Part shown: positions 17,621-29,700 of the stretch, piece by piece
Layout of the letters: the number at the start of each line of letters is the position of its first letter
Numbering within the stretch: the stretch's first letter is position 1
From: Microbotryum violaceum
Lineage: Eukaryota
Direction: 5' to 3'
Assembly (NCBI GenBank): GCA_001244265.2
Contig: CDLV01000004.1
Coordinates: 930,001 to 994,000, forward strand
Length of the DNA: 64,000 nt
The notes under the pieces: generated by a model
The model's input: only the letters and a program-made list of their open reading frames with translations
Databases searched by the model: none
What the model was told of the DNA's origin: nothing
Program-made: the position numbers and the translations under genes

Positions 17621-19108
17621 ACACCAGGTCCGTCAACGACTTCACTCATCTTGGCCAATCTCCATTCTGACCTTCGGGGACGTCTTTTGCCGGCAGCAGT
17701 CGGTCACGCGATCCCAATGGCGGTCGATGACGATAACGCCGATGATATGAATCGAGAATTTGTCGGAGAGGCGGACGAAAACGGCGACGAAGACGATCTC
17801 CAAGGAAACCTCAATGAAACCGCAGATGAAGAGGGAGAAAAGATGGTCGTAGACGAAGAGGAGATGCGCGGTCCGAAAGAGCTCGACGATCTGGAACTCG
17901 AATTGGGCTCGGAAGCGCAGGAGGAACATGATAGTGACAGAGATACCAGCGATACGGACTCCCATGCGGGTGGAGCGCGAAGAGATGAGAGATGAGAACG
18001 TTCTGAGAGGCGCGAGAGAGGAAGAGGATGTCCAAGGGGAGGCAGAAGAGCCCGAGCCCACTGAAGGTGAGACTGCCGCGCTTGAGGCTCATCTCGCCGA
18101 GCTTGGTGCCGAAGGTGACTCAAAGTCTTGCTGTGCTTCAAGTGGTCATATTTGACACGAACACGAGGGCTGATGCAGTAACTACCTCATACGGGACTTC
18201 AAAGTCGAACGCTTCCACCCCATGACCTTGCAAAGCTACAACTCTACATGTTCAAGCGGGACCATTCGCTTTCGAGGGACGCTTGGACTGACCTCCTCAC
18301 ATTGCTGCGCATCTACACCTTCCACAACGCCGACCTCAGCGACATTTCCGAGTAGAGAATGGTCCGAGCGATACGACATCTCACCGGCTTCAGAACTGTG
18401 GAGGTCGGGAAGTGCCCCAAAGGTTGCGTGTCCTATGGCGCCAAACGGCTCGAAGATCTTGAGGAGTGTCCAACGCCCGGGTGCCGCGAGAACCGGTTCA
18501 CGCTGGGGAAGAATGGCGAGAAGATTGAACGGTCAACGCAGCGTTTTATGACCCCGCCCCTTTTGTTGAAGTGCTTCGTGCACACCAGTAATCGGCCTTA
18601 CCCTCGCCAATGCCCAGCCGAGCGACGAGGTCGTCGACTTGCACAAGGCGTCAGGTGGCTCGGGCTCTTACCCGGTCGTGAGGCGATGGGTTGACGGCTT
18701 ACACGCACGGACGCTTTACGCAAACGGCGATCTCAAGCCGGATGATATCCCTCTTGCAACCTTCTCCGATGGAACCGAAGTGCTCGCGCACTCCAACGCC
18801 AATCGCAAGGTCAACGCCCACATCTCTGGGGTGATACCCATGACCCTGCCGCTCGAACTTCGTTGGAAGCTATCATCGCACTTTGTCATCTCCGTGAACG
18901 GCCCTCAGAAACCCAAAGACGAGCAGTCATTCCTCGAAACATTCTGTCAACAGCTTCACATCTTCGAAGGGGAGCGTACATCCTTTTCAGCCGCTCGGGA
19001 CAGGCACGTGCTTTGCAGAGACAGGATCGTGGTTTGCATAGCCGACACGCTGGAGCAAGCAGCCCTTGGAACCTTGTGGGAGCAAGAGGCCTCGCTTCGT
19101 GCTTGATC

Positions 19109-22100
19109 TGTTGAGGTAGATTACTCTTGCCTTAAATCTGCCTAGCGCGCGTCTCTATTTGTATTAGCCGCGCGGTCCAATCGCGTCTTTCCTTCTTCTT
19201 CTCCACTTGATTACGAACTCATTGGCTTGCCACTGCCGCCAACTCGTTCAGGTGTGTGAAGAACTCCTTTATTGCAATCTCACTTGATTACGAACTCATT
19301 GGCTTGCCACTGCCGCCAACTCGTTCAGCACATCGCTGTTCGATTTCTACAGGTTACGAGCCCAACGTAGCGGCCCAGCCAACTCGAGTCATCAAGTCAT
19401 CATGCCCGGTGATACGGACACTGTGGTATCAGGGGGAACAACCTCTATCGTCTATGTCAAACCCCGCGATATCGACCCGTCATGCCACCTGCGCAACGCG
19501 GGAGGCTGGTCGCAATGGATCAACGACGTCCGTGGAGCTCTCGGGGGCGACTATTGGAACTGCACGCTTGCGACGCCCATTCAGAAACCCAACGCGCGCA
19601 CCGACCTGGAGCACGCCAACTTCCAAGCGATCGCGCTCTTGAGGCGCTCGGTCTCCCTCAACATCAAGAAGCAGATCAAAGATGGATTCGATCACACTCC
19701 CACCGACGTCTTGAAGATGATCAAGAAAGCGGTCGCAGCAGGCACAGTCACCGACATCTTCATCAAGCTCCAAGCCCTGCTCGATGCGGGTCCGCCTCCC
19801 TCCGGTGTCGACGCGTTCGAGAAGTACCAAGCCAACACCATTGAGCTGTTTAACACTCTTTCGGGATACAACCTTACCTTTGACCAGGTCATCTCGATAC
19901 GCTTGATCCACTTTGGCAAGGACCTCTACAAGGAGTACTATACTCAAGCGCTCCGTCAAGACCTCGACAAGCTCCCTGATCCGATTGAAGCGCTTCAAAC
20001 GCTTCAGACTCAAGCTGAATCCACGCCGGCACACAAGCCCGTGGCGATGGTAGCTAGCTTGACCGCGACGGACAGATCTTCATCGACTCCGTCAGCTCCG
20101 TGCCGACACTGTGGAGGTCCTCACTGGAATCGAAAATGCCCCGTCAAGGACAAGAAGTCCAAGGCCTCCTCCGCGCCGTCCGCATCACTCGCCGCTGCTC
20201 CCGACATCTCGACGTTGGTAGACGGCCCGGTCCGCGGATACCTCACCGCAGCGATGTCCACATTGGCCAAACCTTCCCTCATCCTCGACAGCGGCGCGAC
20301 GCATCACATCGTCAACGATCGCGCTTGTTTCACCAACTTCCGCAAGTGCAAGCCTGCTCCGCTCGAGGGCATCACGGGCGAGGTGGTCAATTCGATCGAA
20401 GGCGTCGGTTCCGCTGTCGTTCGCTCCTTCGACGGCAGCATCGGTCAACTCCACCACGCGTTGTTCGTCCCCAGCGCGCCGGTCAGCCTCTTCTCCGCCA
20501 GCCGCGCCAACGCCGCGGGCTACGACATCCACCTTTCCCGAGGCAAAGCAACGGTCTCAGTCGACGGGTCGCTTTGCCACACCGGGGAGATCACGAACGG
20601 CTTGTACCACATGCATGCTTCCCTAGTCGACGTCACTACTCTCATCGAGCAACCGGGTGCGTCCCCACGTGCGTTCGCGGCCGTCCCCGTCTCCATCATG
20701 CACGGACGTTTCGCTCACCTTCACCCACGCGCTCTATGACAGCTGATCTCAACTGAGGCTGTGCTGGGAGTCAACATGGAGGTAGCATTGAACGCAGACT
20801 TGAAATGTGATACATGCCAGGCTGGGAAGATCACACATCACCCTTTCCCCACCGTCGCGTCGAATCGTTCAGCCCAGCCTCTTGATCGAGTCCACATGGA
20901 CCTTCTTGCGTTCGACGGCGCCGTGTCGTTAGGCGGCGCAAAATACGCCCTCGTCATTGTCGATGATTACACCCGATATCTCTGAGCAATTCCGATGTCG
21001 CACAAGTCCGATACCTTTGCGGCCTTCAAGTCGTGGCTTGCAAAGGTCGAGCGCTCCTCGTCAAGAAAACTCCTGGCAGTCCGCTCCGACAACGGTGGTG
21101 AATTCTTGTCGAACGAGTTCTCGAGCTTCCTGGAAGAACAAGGCATCACTCGTCAGCTTTCGATTCCCGATGCCCCTCAGCAAAACGGGGTTGCCGAACG
21201 CGCAAATCGCTCGATCACCGAGGGTGTCCGATCAATGCTCCACCAGTCGGGTCTATCTCACGCTTTGTGGGCCGAGGCATTGGCGACATATGTCTACGTC
21301 AAAAATCGCTCACCACACTCGGCAAATTCAGGCGTCACACCACACACGCGTTGGCACGGATCAAAGCCGTCAGCCGGCCATCTCCGCGTATTCGGCTGCA
21401 GAGCGTGGAAGGCAGCTACCACCAAAGCGCGCAGCAAACTCGATCCGCGGGGCATTCCACTCGTATTCGTCGGCTACGATCTCGAATCCAAGGGATACCG
21501 ACTGTTTGACCCCGCTACCAGACAAGTTTTCAAATCGCGCAGCGTCACATTCTTCGAGGACGAGTTCCCAGCCAGGCGGGAGGGCATCACAGCAGCTCAC
21601 GCGCCCGTCGCAGGCAACGACGACGACGACAACGACGACGATGACGAAGTCGTTGTACTCCCTGACCAGCATGCCAATCAGGCACCCCCGACCAAGCGGA
21701 GCTTCCGGCTGCTTTACGTTTCGACGCACCGGGGCCCGCGTGGCAGCCACCCGTGGGTTCGCGCCCGCGCAACCCCCCAGCTCGTTACGGCGCCCTAGCA
21801 TCTTTGCGCTCGACCCCTTCTGCCTTCGCATTCTCTCTAGGCAAGGAGGTAACCGAACTTGTTGCTGATCTCGAAGCGGCGGGCATTGACACCTCGACAG
21901 CGAATCGACCGCTCTCGGAACCAGAGGACCCGTTCTCGCTCCCGAGCAGTGATCCCACCACGTGGAATGAGGCCATGCGCCATCCTCACGCCGCGGCATA
22001 GAAAGCGGGAGCCATTGAGGAATTCCGCTCGATGAAAGACGATCTCAAGGTGTTCAGCGTCGTCGGACTATCCTCCGTGCCCAAAGGAGCTACGATCTTA

Positions 22101-23685
22101 CCAAGTCGTCACGTCTTTCGAACCAAACGCGACAAAGCCAGGATGATGGTTTCACTGAAGAACCGCATTGTTGCACAGGGCTGCGCACAAGGCCCAAACA
22201 GCTTCAACAACACCTTCTCACCCACGGCTAAGTACACCTCCATCCGCACGCTCATCGCGCACTCGGCCTCGAAGGGCCACCACATCATTCAAGCCGACGT
22301 TGACAAGGCCTATCTTCACGGTGTGCTGGAGGAGGAGATCTACATGCGGGTTCCAACTGGCATCGAAGGCTACAAAGGCAAATGCCTCCGCCTTCATCGA
22401 TCGATCTACGGTCTCAAGCAGGCAGGTCGAGTGTGGAACGACACGATCAACGCCACGCTCGCGAGTCTCGGCTATCGTCGCCTCGCCTGCAACGAATGCA
22501 TCTATCGTCATGAGGACGCTGGGGGTGATCACTACATTGCACTCTACGTCGACGATCTACTCTTCTTTGGGCCGGATCTCGGGGAAATCGATCGAGTCCT
22601 TGACCAACTCGACACCCTCTACGGAGTCAAACGCCTCGGCCCGGCCGAATGGGTACTCGGGGTTCAGGTCGTACGACACGACGATGGCGGGATCTCCCTT
22701 CTCCAGCGTCAATACCTCCTTGACGTCTTGGATCGCTTCAACATGTCCGACTGCAACCCCTGCAAGTCACCCATGGAAGCCAACCTACAGCTTTCGCCGG
22801 AACCCGATACAGACTCCGCCGACAATGCCATCTACCGTTCCATGATCGGCTCACTCATGTACGCTGTTGTTGCCACTCGCCCTGATCTAGCCCACTCCGT
22901 CGGATATCTGTCACGTTTCGTCGGCAAGGCTGGCGACACTCACCTCGAGGCGGCCAAGCGCGTCCTTCGTTACATCAAAGGATCGCTCGATCTTGGCATA
23001 CACTACACGCGCACCAGTGCGCCTCTGCTGGGGTACGAGGGGTACTCTGACTCGGACTGGGGATCGGACATACAGACGTCGAGGTCCACTATGGGTTACT
23101 TGTTCAAACTGGCGGGTGGGGCCATCTCATGGTCATCTCGTCTCCAACCTCGCGTAGCTTGTTCATCCACGGAAGCGGAGTACCTGGGCCTCTCGCATGC
23201 AGCCAAGGAGGCTGTCTTCCTTCGCTCGCTCCTCACCGAACTCGGTCTCGATACATCGTCCCCTTTACGTCTTCTCGGGGATAACCAGGGAGCTATAGCG
23301 CTCACCCAGAATCCGGTCTTCCACGCTCGCACCAAACATTTGCGCATGTTGGAGCATTTCGTTCGGGAGCATGTTCGGAATGGAGAGATCTCGGTCACCT
23401 ACATCCCAACCCACAATATGGTTGCCGACATTTTCACCAAGCCGCTGCCGCGAGTAGTCTTCCAGCGTCATTGTGACGCCATCGGTCTGCGCCGCATTTC
23501 AGGCCAAGAGCAAGGGGGGTGTTGAGGTAGATTACTCTTGCCTTAAATCTGCCTAGCGCGCGTCTCTATTTGTATTAGCCGCGCGGTCCAATCGCGTCTT
23601 TCCTTCTTCTTCTCCACTTGATTACGAACTCATTGGCTTGCCACTGCCGCCAACTCGTTCAGCACATCGCTGTTCGATTTCTACA
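19109..23685 (+). mobile_element. Ty1/Copia LTR retrotransposon (Copia-1)
   Basis: 5' LTR 19109-19351 (243 bp), 3' LTR 23520-23685 (166 bp); TSD TGATC; PBS GGTTACGAGCCC; G-rich PPT. Confidence 0.97.
19402..23525 (+). pseudogene. Copia-1 gag-PR-IN-RT-RNase H polyprotein with nonsense codons and a frameshift
   Basis: CRHCGGPHWNRKC knuckle, ILDSGATHH protease, RSDNGGEF/PQQNGVAER integrase, YGLKQAGR and YVDD RT, YSDSDW RNase H. In-frame stops at ~20737, 20983, 21999; frameshift ~21690. Confidence 0.92.
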
Positions 23686-26600
23686 TGATCTGCTCGATCA
23701 TCAGCTTACCTCATTACGCACCTGGATACACCAAAGGCTATCTGCCTTTCTGTGTTCCTCATGCGAAAGCGTTCGAAAACGACGAGGGAGTGATCGTATC
23801 GGTGCTCGACCATCCCGAGTGGGCTGGGCTTGTCGACACCGCCACGACATTCCAAATCCCTGGTGGACGGGACGTTCGACTGGATAACGAGCGCAACTAC
23901 AAGCACTACCGTCGGGTGGTTGAAGCAATGAAACGACACCCGACCAAGCTCGAATCACTGCGGCGTCGTACGGGGATATCAGGCGAAGCTCCGATCGAGG
24001 CGCTTGACCTGTTCAAGGATGCTTACTCCATGTTCCTACCATTGGATTATATGCATCTGATTGGTATCAACAGTGGCAGCACTTTCATCAATATCCTCGT
24101 CGGTGACTTGGACTCGAAGGCACGCAAGCACTCCATGACGTTGTCCTCCGACGCGATCGTTCGCATGACTTGTGCGCAGCTGTTGTCTCGGCCGTACCTC
24201 GCGAGAGTGGAGGGTGTGATTGTCAGGCCCTTAGCCGAGAAAGGAAGAAATGGAAAGGAATCGAACGGGAACTTTTCATCTTGCGTGACCTGGGACCGCT
24301 TTCGTACCAGCAATTCAAGGAACCTGAGTTCGAGCGACTGACGGCGCTCACCATCCGAATGTTTGCGGCGATGAAGACCGATGTCTTCATCGACGACTCC
24401 GTTGACTTTTTCGATCGCCTACCGGACGTCGACCGGCCCGAACAACTTCGTCTGTACGAGTTCGATGAAAAGGGCGAGGAGGTTCCCATCCCGTACACCT
24501 ACCTCTATGTTCTCATCGAACAGACGCTGCTACTGCACGAGAAGCTTCTCTATGATCGAGATCCCGAGTTCCTTCATCTGTTCCCCGCCACGAATCATCG
24601 TCTTATGCACGTTCCCGATGTTATGAAGAGAATGGGGCCGCTTCGCGAGTACTCGGCTTGCGGAACGGAGACGATGATGGGTTACATCAAGGGGGGATGA
24701 GAAGCAAGTCAAAATCCGTCGAGTCTGGCATGAATTCGGCGGAGATGCGGAACATGATGATGATCCTCCGACTCAAGTACGACATACCTACACTGGACGA
24801 TCTCCGGGACACTTTGCCGAGGAATCATGCCTTGCATGCCCAGCTGCCGGGCTACAAGCTGCACACGCTCAAGAGAACGGCGCAACGCCCTTCGCAAAAT
24901 TTCTCGACTTGACCGAAGAGGTCGCAGTCTTCCACGGAGGCAGTGTCACGTCGATAACTCTCTGGGGTCGAATGCAAACGACTACACCAAGAACCATCTA
25001 TGCGATGGACTTTGGCGGCTCGTTTGACGAAGGATGGCGGCGCCTTGAGAGTGCAGGTGCATCGGTAGTCACGTTGCTCGGATCCGGTCACGAGATGCGA
25101 AACAAGCAAGGCACCGTCAACTGCAAGACGGCTAGATTTGTGCGAATGAGTACCATCAAATCAACTCATCACATCTGATGTCAGCGGAGAGATTCTTGAC
25201 AGCAAATCTGGGATCCACAGATGTCAATGGAGGCCGACAATTCACAGCGCGCCGGCGAAGTTGTGTGCTTTGTTGAGCTAGGTATAACGACGCTGAAGGA
25301 GAGGCGATTGCTTTCGTTGGTCGATGTCTTCCCAGTTGCCATGGACATCCGGGGCTGTACGAGAGAGTCGATGTAGATGGTCCTCGCACCCTCAGCCTGA
25401 TCGGCGTGGAGCGTCTCCGCCAACTCGTGTCCATCATCCCGAATACGATGCGGTCGCCTCCCACCACGGCCCAGCTTGCGCAAGGCGCAGGGCCAGCTGT
25501 AACAGCTCCCGACACATATGCGATATCTGTGTTTCCACATTCAACTGCGACCCCTCTGCGCCGAGTCGACGCCTGGCACTGACACGAGGCAGAGCGCTCT
25601 CCATTCGGTCGTCCGGTTGAAGATACAGGGGCGCAGTTTTTCCAATTGCTCATTAACTTCAATCCTTTAGAAACCTTGTCCAATTCCAAGACCACCACAT
25701 CTGAATCTGGAGATGTTACACATTCTTAGGTTGATGTATTTAATTAGAGCACCACTCGAGACTATATCACGAGTTGTCTACTGCACTAGATAAGGTCTCA
25801 AAGTCAGGCTGTTCTCCTTAGTCTACGAGCCAACTGAGAATTGCAGGGCGTAATGGAGCATTCCCAAGTTGGCGACCTCGTGCAGTTGCAACCGCAGTTG
25901 GTAATCCGCGCAACCGCGGGCACTGCGGTCCGACCGCGATGCCCGCGGTTGAACTGCGGTTAACTTCGGCGCAATCGTCCAACCGCGGTCAACCGCGGTT
26001 GCGCGGATTTCCCGTAGGGCGCCTGGCGCCTGGCGGCTGACGCGCGGGCGAGGGCTAAAATTTGTCACGTGATGCGGCGCGCCCGCCGTGTCATTGCCCG
26101 TCCGGCAGTCGACCACCGGCATTAGGGACTAAACAACAAAACAAACCACGTAAATAATCCTGTGCCACTCCCTCGTACCTTTCCTTTCTCCCTCCCACTC
26201 TCAATTTTACTGACACTCATTCAAGAACAAACCTTCGCTACTGTGTAATGCCCCGGTCCCAAGGTCGCCAGGGAGGGCCATCGCAACCTCGCCAAGTCTT
26301 GGGCGCGAGGGTAGCGCCGTACCATGGGAGGGCCCCCGAAAGCCCAGCCGGAAGCGCAGTTTTTTTTTTTTTTGACATTTTGAGGACCCAAAATTCTGAA
26401 AATCGTCGAGGCGCATTGCAAAAACTTGACATTTTGGGACGAAACACACGTTTCGCCCCCGAGGCGCATGCCCAGATTTTGACATTTTACCGTGAGTCGG
26501 CCCAATTTTGGCCTACCCTAAGCAGCCTACGGCATCGCTTTGGGCCCGTTTGCCTTCGCTTCGAAACGCGCTTCGCGATGCTCGCGCTTGAACAAGTCAC

Positions 26601-26717
26601 TAGCCATTTTCGCTAATCACTTTAGTTCAGTGGCTATCAAGTAAGATAAAAATGACGGGGCCCCTGAGGTTCCGTTCCGCTTCACTTCGTTCTGACACTG
26701 GAGCATAGCACGACGAA

Positions 26718-29700
26718 ATGATTCCATGCTTGTTTCTTGATGAAGATCAGGACTACTATTTGCACGACGATGACTTGGATCGATTATCGCCGCTCACCAA
26801 CATGACGGTTGCCGAGCTCCTCGCCTTCGATGTCGCTCCCGCCGACGCGTCTCTTCACATCGAGTTGTCCAAAGACGAGCCCACCCAGTATTCGACCTTA
26901 CCCTACCCGACTCTTCAGACCAGAGACGCGCTTCTCGCTACCGATCCTCTGATCAATGCACGCAAGAAAGGATATCGATCTTTGGCCGTCGGGTCGACGT
27001 GTTTGCCGCTCGGCGCCGATCGGCTATGGTCAGAGTACGACCGAGCAAAAGACGTTCAAAGCTGGGCGCTGCGAGCTCAACGATGGATGGACAAAATTAT
27101 CGTTATCAACGAAATTGACCGCAACTGTATCGCTGTCGCACGTCGCATACTGAACGGATTGCAATGGCAAGAGCAAGACGGGCTTCTACCATTGCCTCTT
27201 CTTGCAAGTGGAACGAGTCTGGTTTATCTCCTGAGATTCTTAAGTCAGTACACCAATCCTTCAGCTGGCCACTCGTATTCATCTCGTATCTGAGGCAACT
27301 TGCTTATTCGCGTCTCTACCCAGGTCATGATTGGCTCGGTGAAGCCGCGGTGAACTTGTCAATTGAAAGCGTCCTTCGAGCTGGACGAGTGCAGAATCCC
27401 GATTCCGAAACATCGTATGGACTTATACCCTCCACCGTCATCTCCTTGGTAATGGCTCGCCCTCCCGACTCGGATCCTCATTCGATCTTCAAAGCCTGCT
27501 TTTTCGGCCCGCCAAACCAGTATCGGAATCTCATCGAGCTAGGCGATTGCATGCGCAACACGCCGCTCTCAAAGTCAATCTGGTTTCTACCCCTCTGCTC
27601 CGACAGCCATTGGGTCCTGGCCCGCATCAACATGCACAAGCGGACATGGTCTGTGATCAACTCACTCTCCGCCACTCCGATCACCGCGGCTACTCGGACG
27701 GCCGTCCTTACGCTATTCAAATTTCTGAAGCTGGACATCAAAAACGAGTTCCCTCATACTCCTAAGGCGGAACAACAGGAAGACAGCTACTCGTGCGGGC
27801 CGGCTACGATCAATGCAGTGGAGACGGAGGTGCTCGGGATTGGGTCATTCAACGCAGCGCGCGCTCACATGTCACGGCTCCGTCAGTTCTGTCGTTTATC
27901 CTCTCTGGTTGGTGCTGTCGAGGATCCCAAAGAGATCGAATCCATCGTTGCCACGGGCGCAAAATCAAAGGCAAAGTCTGGGAGGGGATCCGCTGCCGGA
28001 ACACTGAGCAGCAAGAGCACGTCGGCAGAGTCCGGCAAGGCAGCGACATTCAAGCCAACAAATCAACGAGTCGCATCATCCTCAAAAAACCCGCCAACTT
28101 CTCGACTTCAAACGACCTTCACCAAGGCATCGAAGCCGACGAAAGCTCGAGAGCTCACCCCCGAGGAGCATACGACGTGGGCTCGCGACCATCCGCCTCT
28201 TTTCAGGAGGTTTGATGAAAAAGTCGAAGATCTTTGCCCGGGATCGAATGTCGACGTCAACAATCCAAAGTACGTGCGGTGTGGACGTTGTTATGTCTTG
28301 GTTCCAATGGCGGCCTTGCTGTGCAAGGCACGATTTCAGTTACATCTCGGCAATAAGAAGTGTGTCAACCTCCAACCCATCAGCAATTTCTTCAGACCTA
28401 TCGCCTCTGGCTCAACTGCTACCAGCTCCTCGCTAGGACCGTGCCCCGGCCTTACGTCTGAAACGGCGATACAGTATCTTTCATCAACTGCGGCGCCGGG
28501 TGGCGGGGCCCCTCCTCGACGGACGCTTTGTTTGCGCCTCTATCCCAAAATTGGTAAACGACCAATGACGGAGCTCGAGAGGAAGGAGGTGGACAAATTG
28601 GAAGCGAATGAATGGAAGTGGCGCAACGATCATCGAGCACTGCGCATAATCAGTGTGAATTGTCGCAAGTATAGCGCTCGAGATTCGATCAACAAGGACG
28701 GACCAAGCTTACCGTGTGAAGAATGCGCGAGGCTTCCTAAGGATGCATCCTGTCGAGCAGCTCTTCGACGTCAATATGCTGCTGGCGCAACTCGCAAATA
28801 CACCAACAAGAAATATGTTGCGGGCGATACACTTCTCTCGGCCATCTACCGGCGACATCATGGACTAGGAGAGATCCTGGATGACAACGGTCAAGGGACC
28901 GTGTATCTACGATTCGCGCAAGGTGTGGCCTCAGGAGAATTTGACGGAGCGAACATCTTGGAGGGATTGGTGAAAGCGGCTACGGTCAAGCACGATCGGA
29001 TGGTCAAGGGCAAATCAATGCGAGGCTTTGTGCGGTCCGAAGCGCTGCGTGACTTCGAGCAAGCCATGGCGCTGGCGTCTCCGATGGCTCTGAGAGTGCT
29101 GCAGGCTACAATCGGCGCATCCACAAGCCGAAAACTGCAGTGAGTACCGTCATTCTTTCGTTCCTTCAATTCAACCTCATACTGAATGATCGAGGTGCTT
29201 GCAGAATGGACCGAGCGACATCAGGCAGGATGCGCCTCGGCCTCGACAAGTCCAACATGGATCGTGTCTGCGCGAAACTCGAAGCAGACGGCCTAACGTT
29301 CAATTTACACGTAGACGACAAGAAGTGTCGATCCAGGATGCGAACCACTCCATACTACTCAGAAGACCTCAGTTTAGAGCGCGAACTACGTACGAAGGGC
29401 ATATTCCGCCACGAGCTGATCGGATCAATTGGTCCGCCACGCATCTACGAAACTCCGGGTGAACTCCCTGATATGTTCAGAGCGGACCTGACCCCCGGTT
29501 GCTGGAACCAAAGTGAGTGGCAATGATTCTTTTAAGTTTGTACTTCATTTCCATGAGGCTTTAACATGTGTCGCCTCTTCATTCAGATCCGAGCTTACAT
29601 GATAGCACCGAACGATGTTGGCTCCCCAGCACAGGTGTTTGCCGCTTTTGTGATCGGCGAAACTACGAACGCGGAGGACGCGACCGAACAATTACATTCA

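Larger units (their letters stand above)
17717..25180 (+). pseudogene. CACTA Tnp2-family transposase, frameshifted and split by Copia-1
   Basis: CPKGCVSY...ECPTPGCRENRF; DIPLATFSDG; GPQKPKDEQSFLE; ADTLEQAALG..GARGLASCLIC (Copia inserted here); LDYMHLIGIN; HRLMHVPDVMKRMGPLREYSACGTETMMGYIK. Confidence 0.85.
15854..26019 (+). mobile_element. CACTA/EnSpm DNA transposon with nested Copia-1 and a solo LTR
   Basis: TIR CCCTACGGGAAATCCGCGCAACCGC at both ends; arrays of AACCGC(A/G)GTT subterminal repeats (15870-16100, 25880-26000); Tnp2-type transposase inside. Flanks (AAA / CGC) do not form a TSD. Confidence 0.9.
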
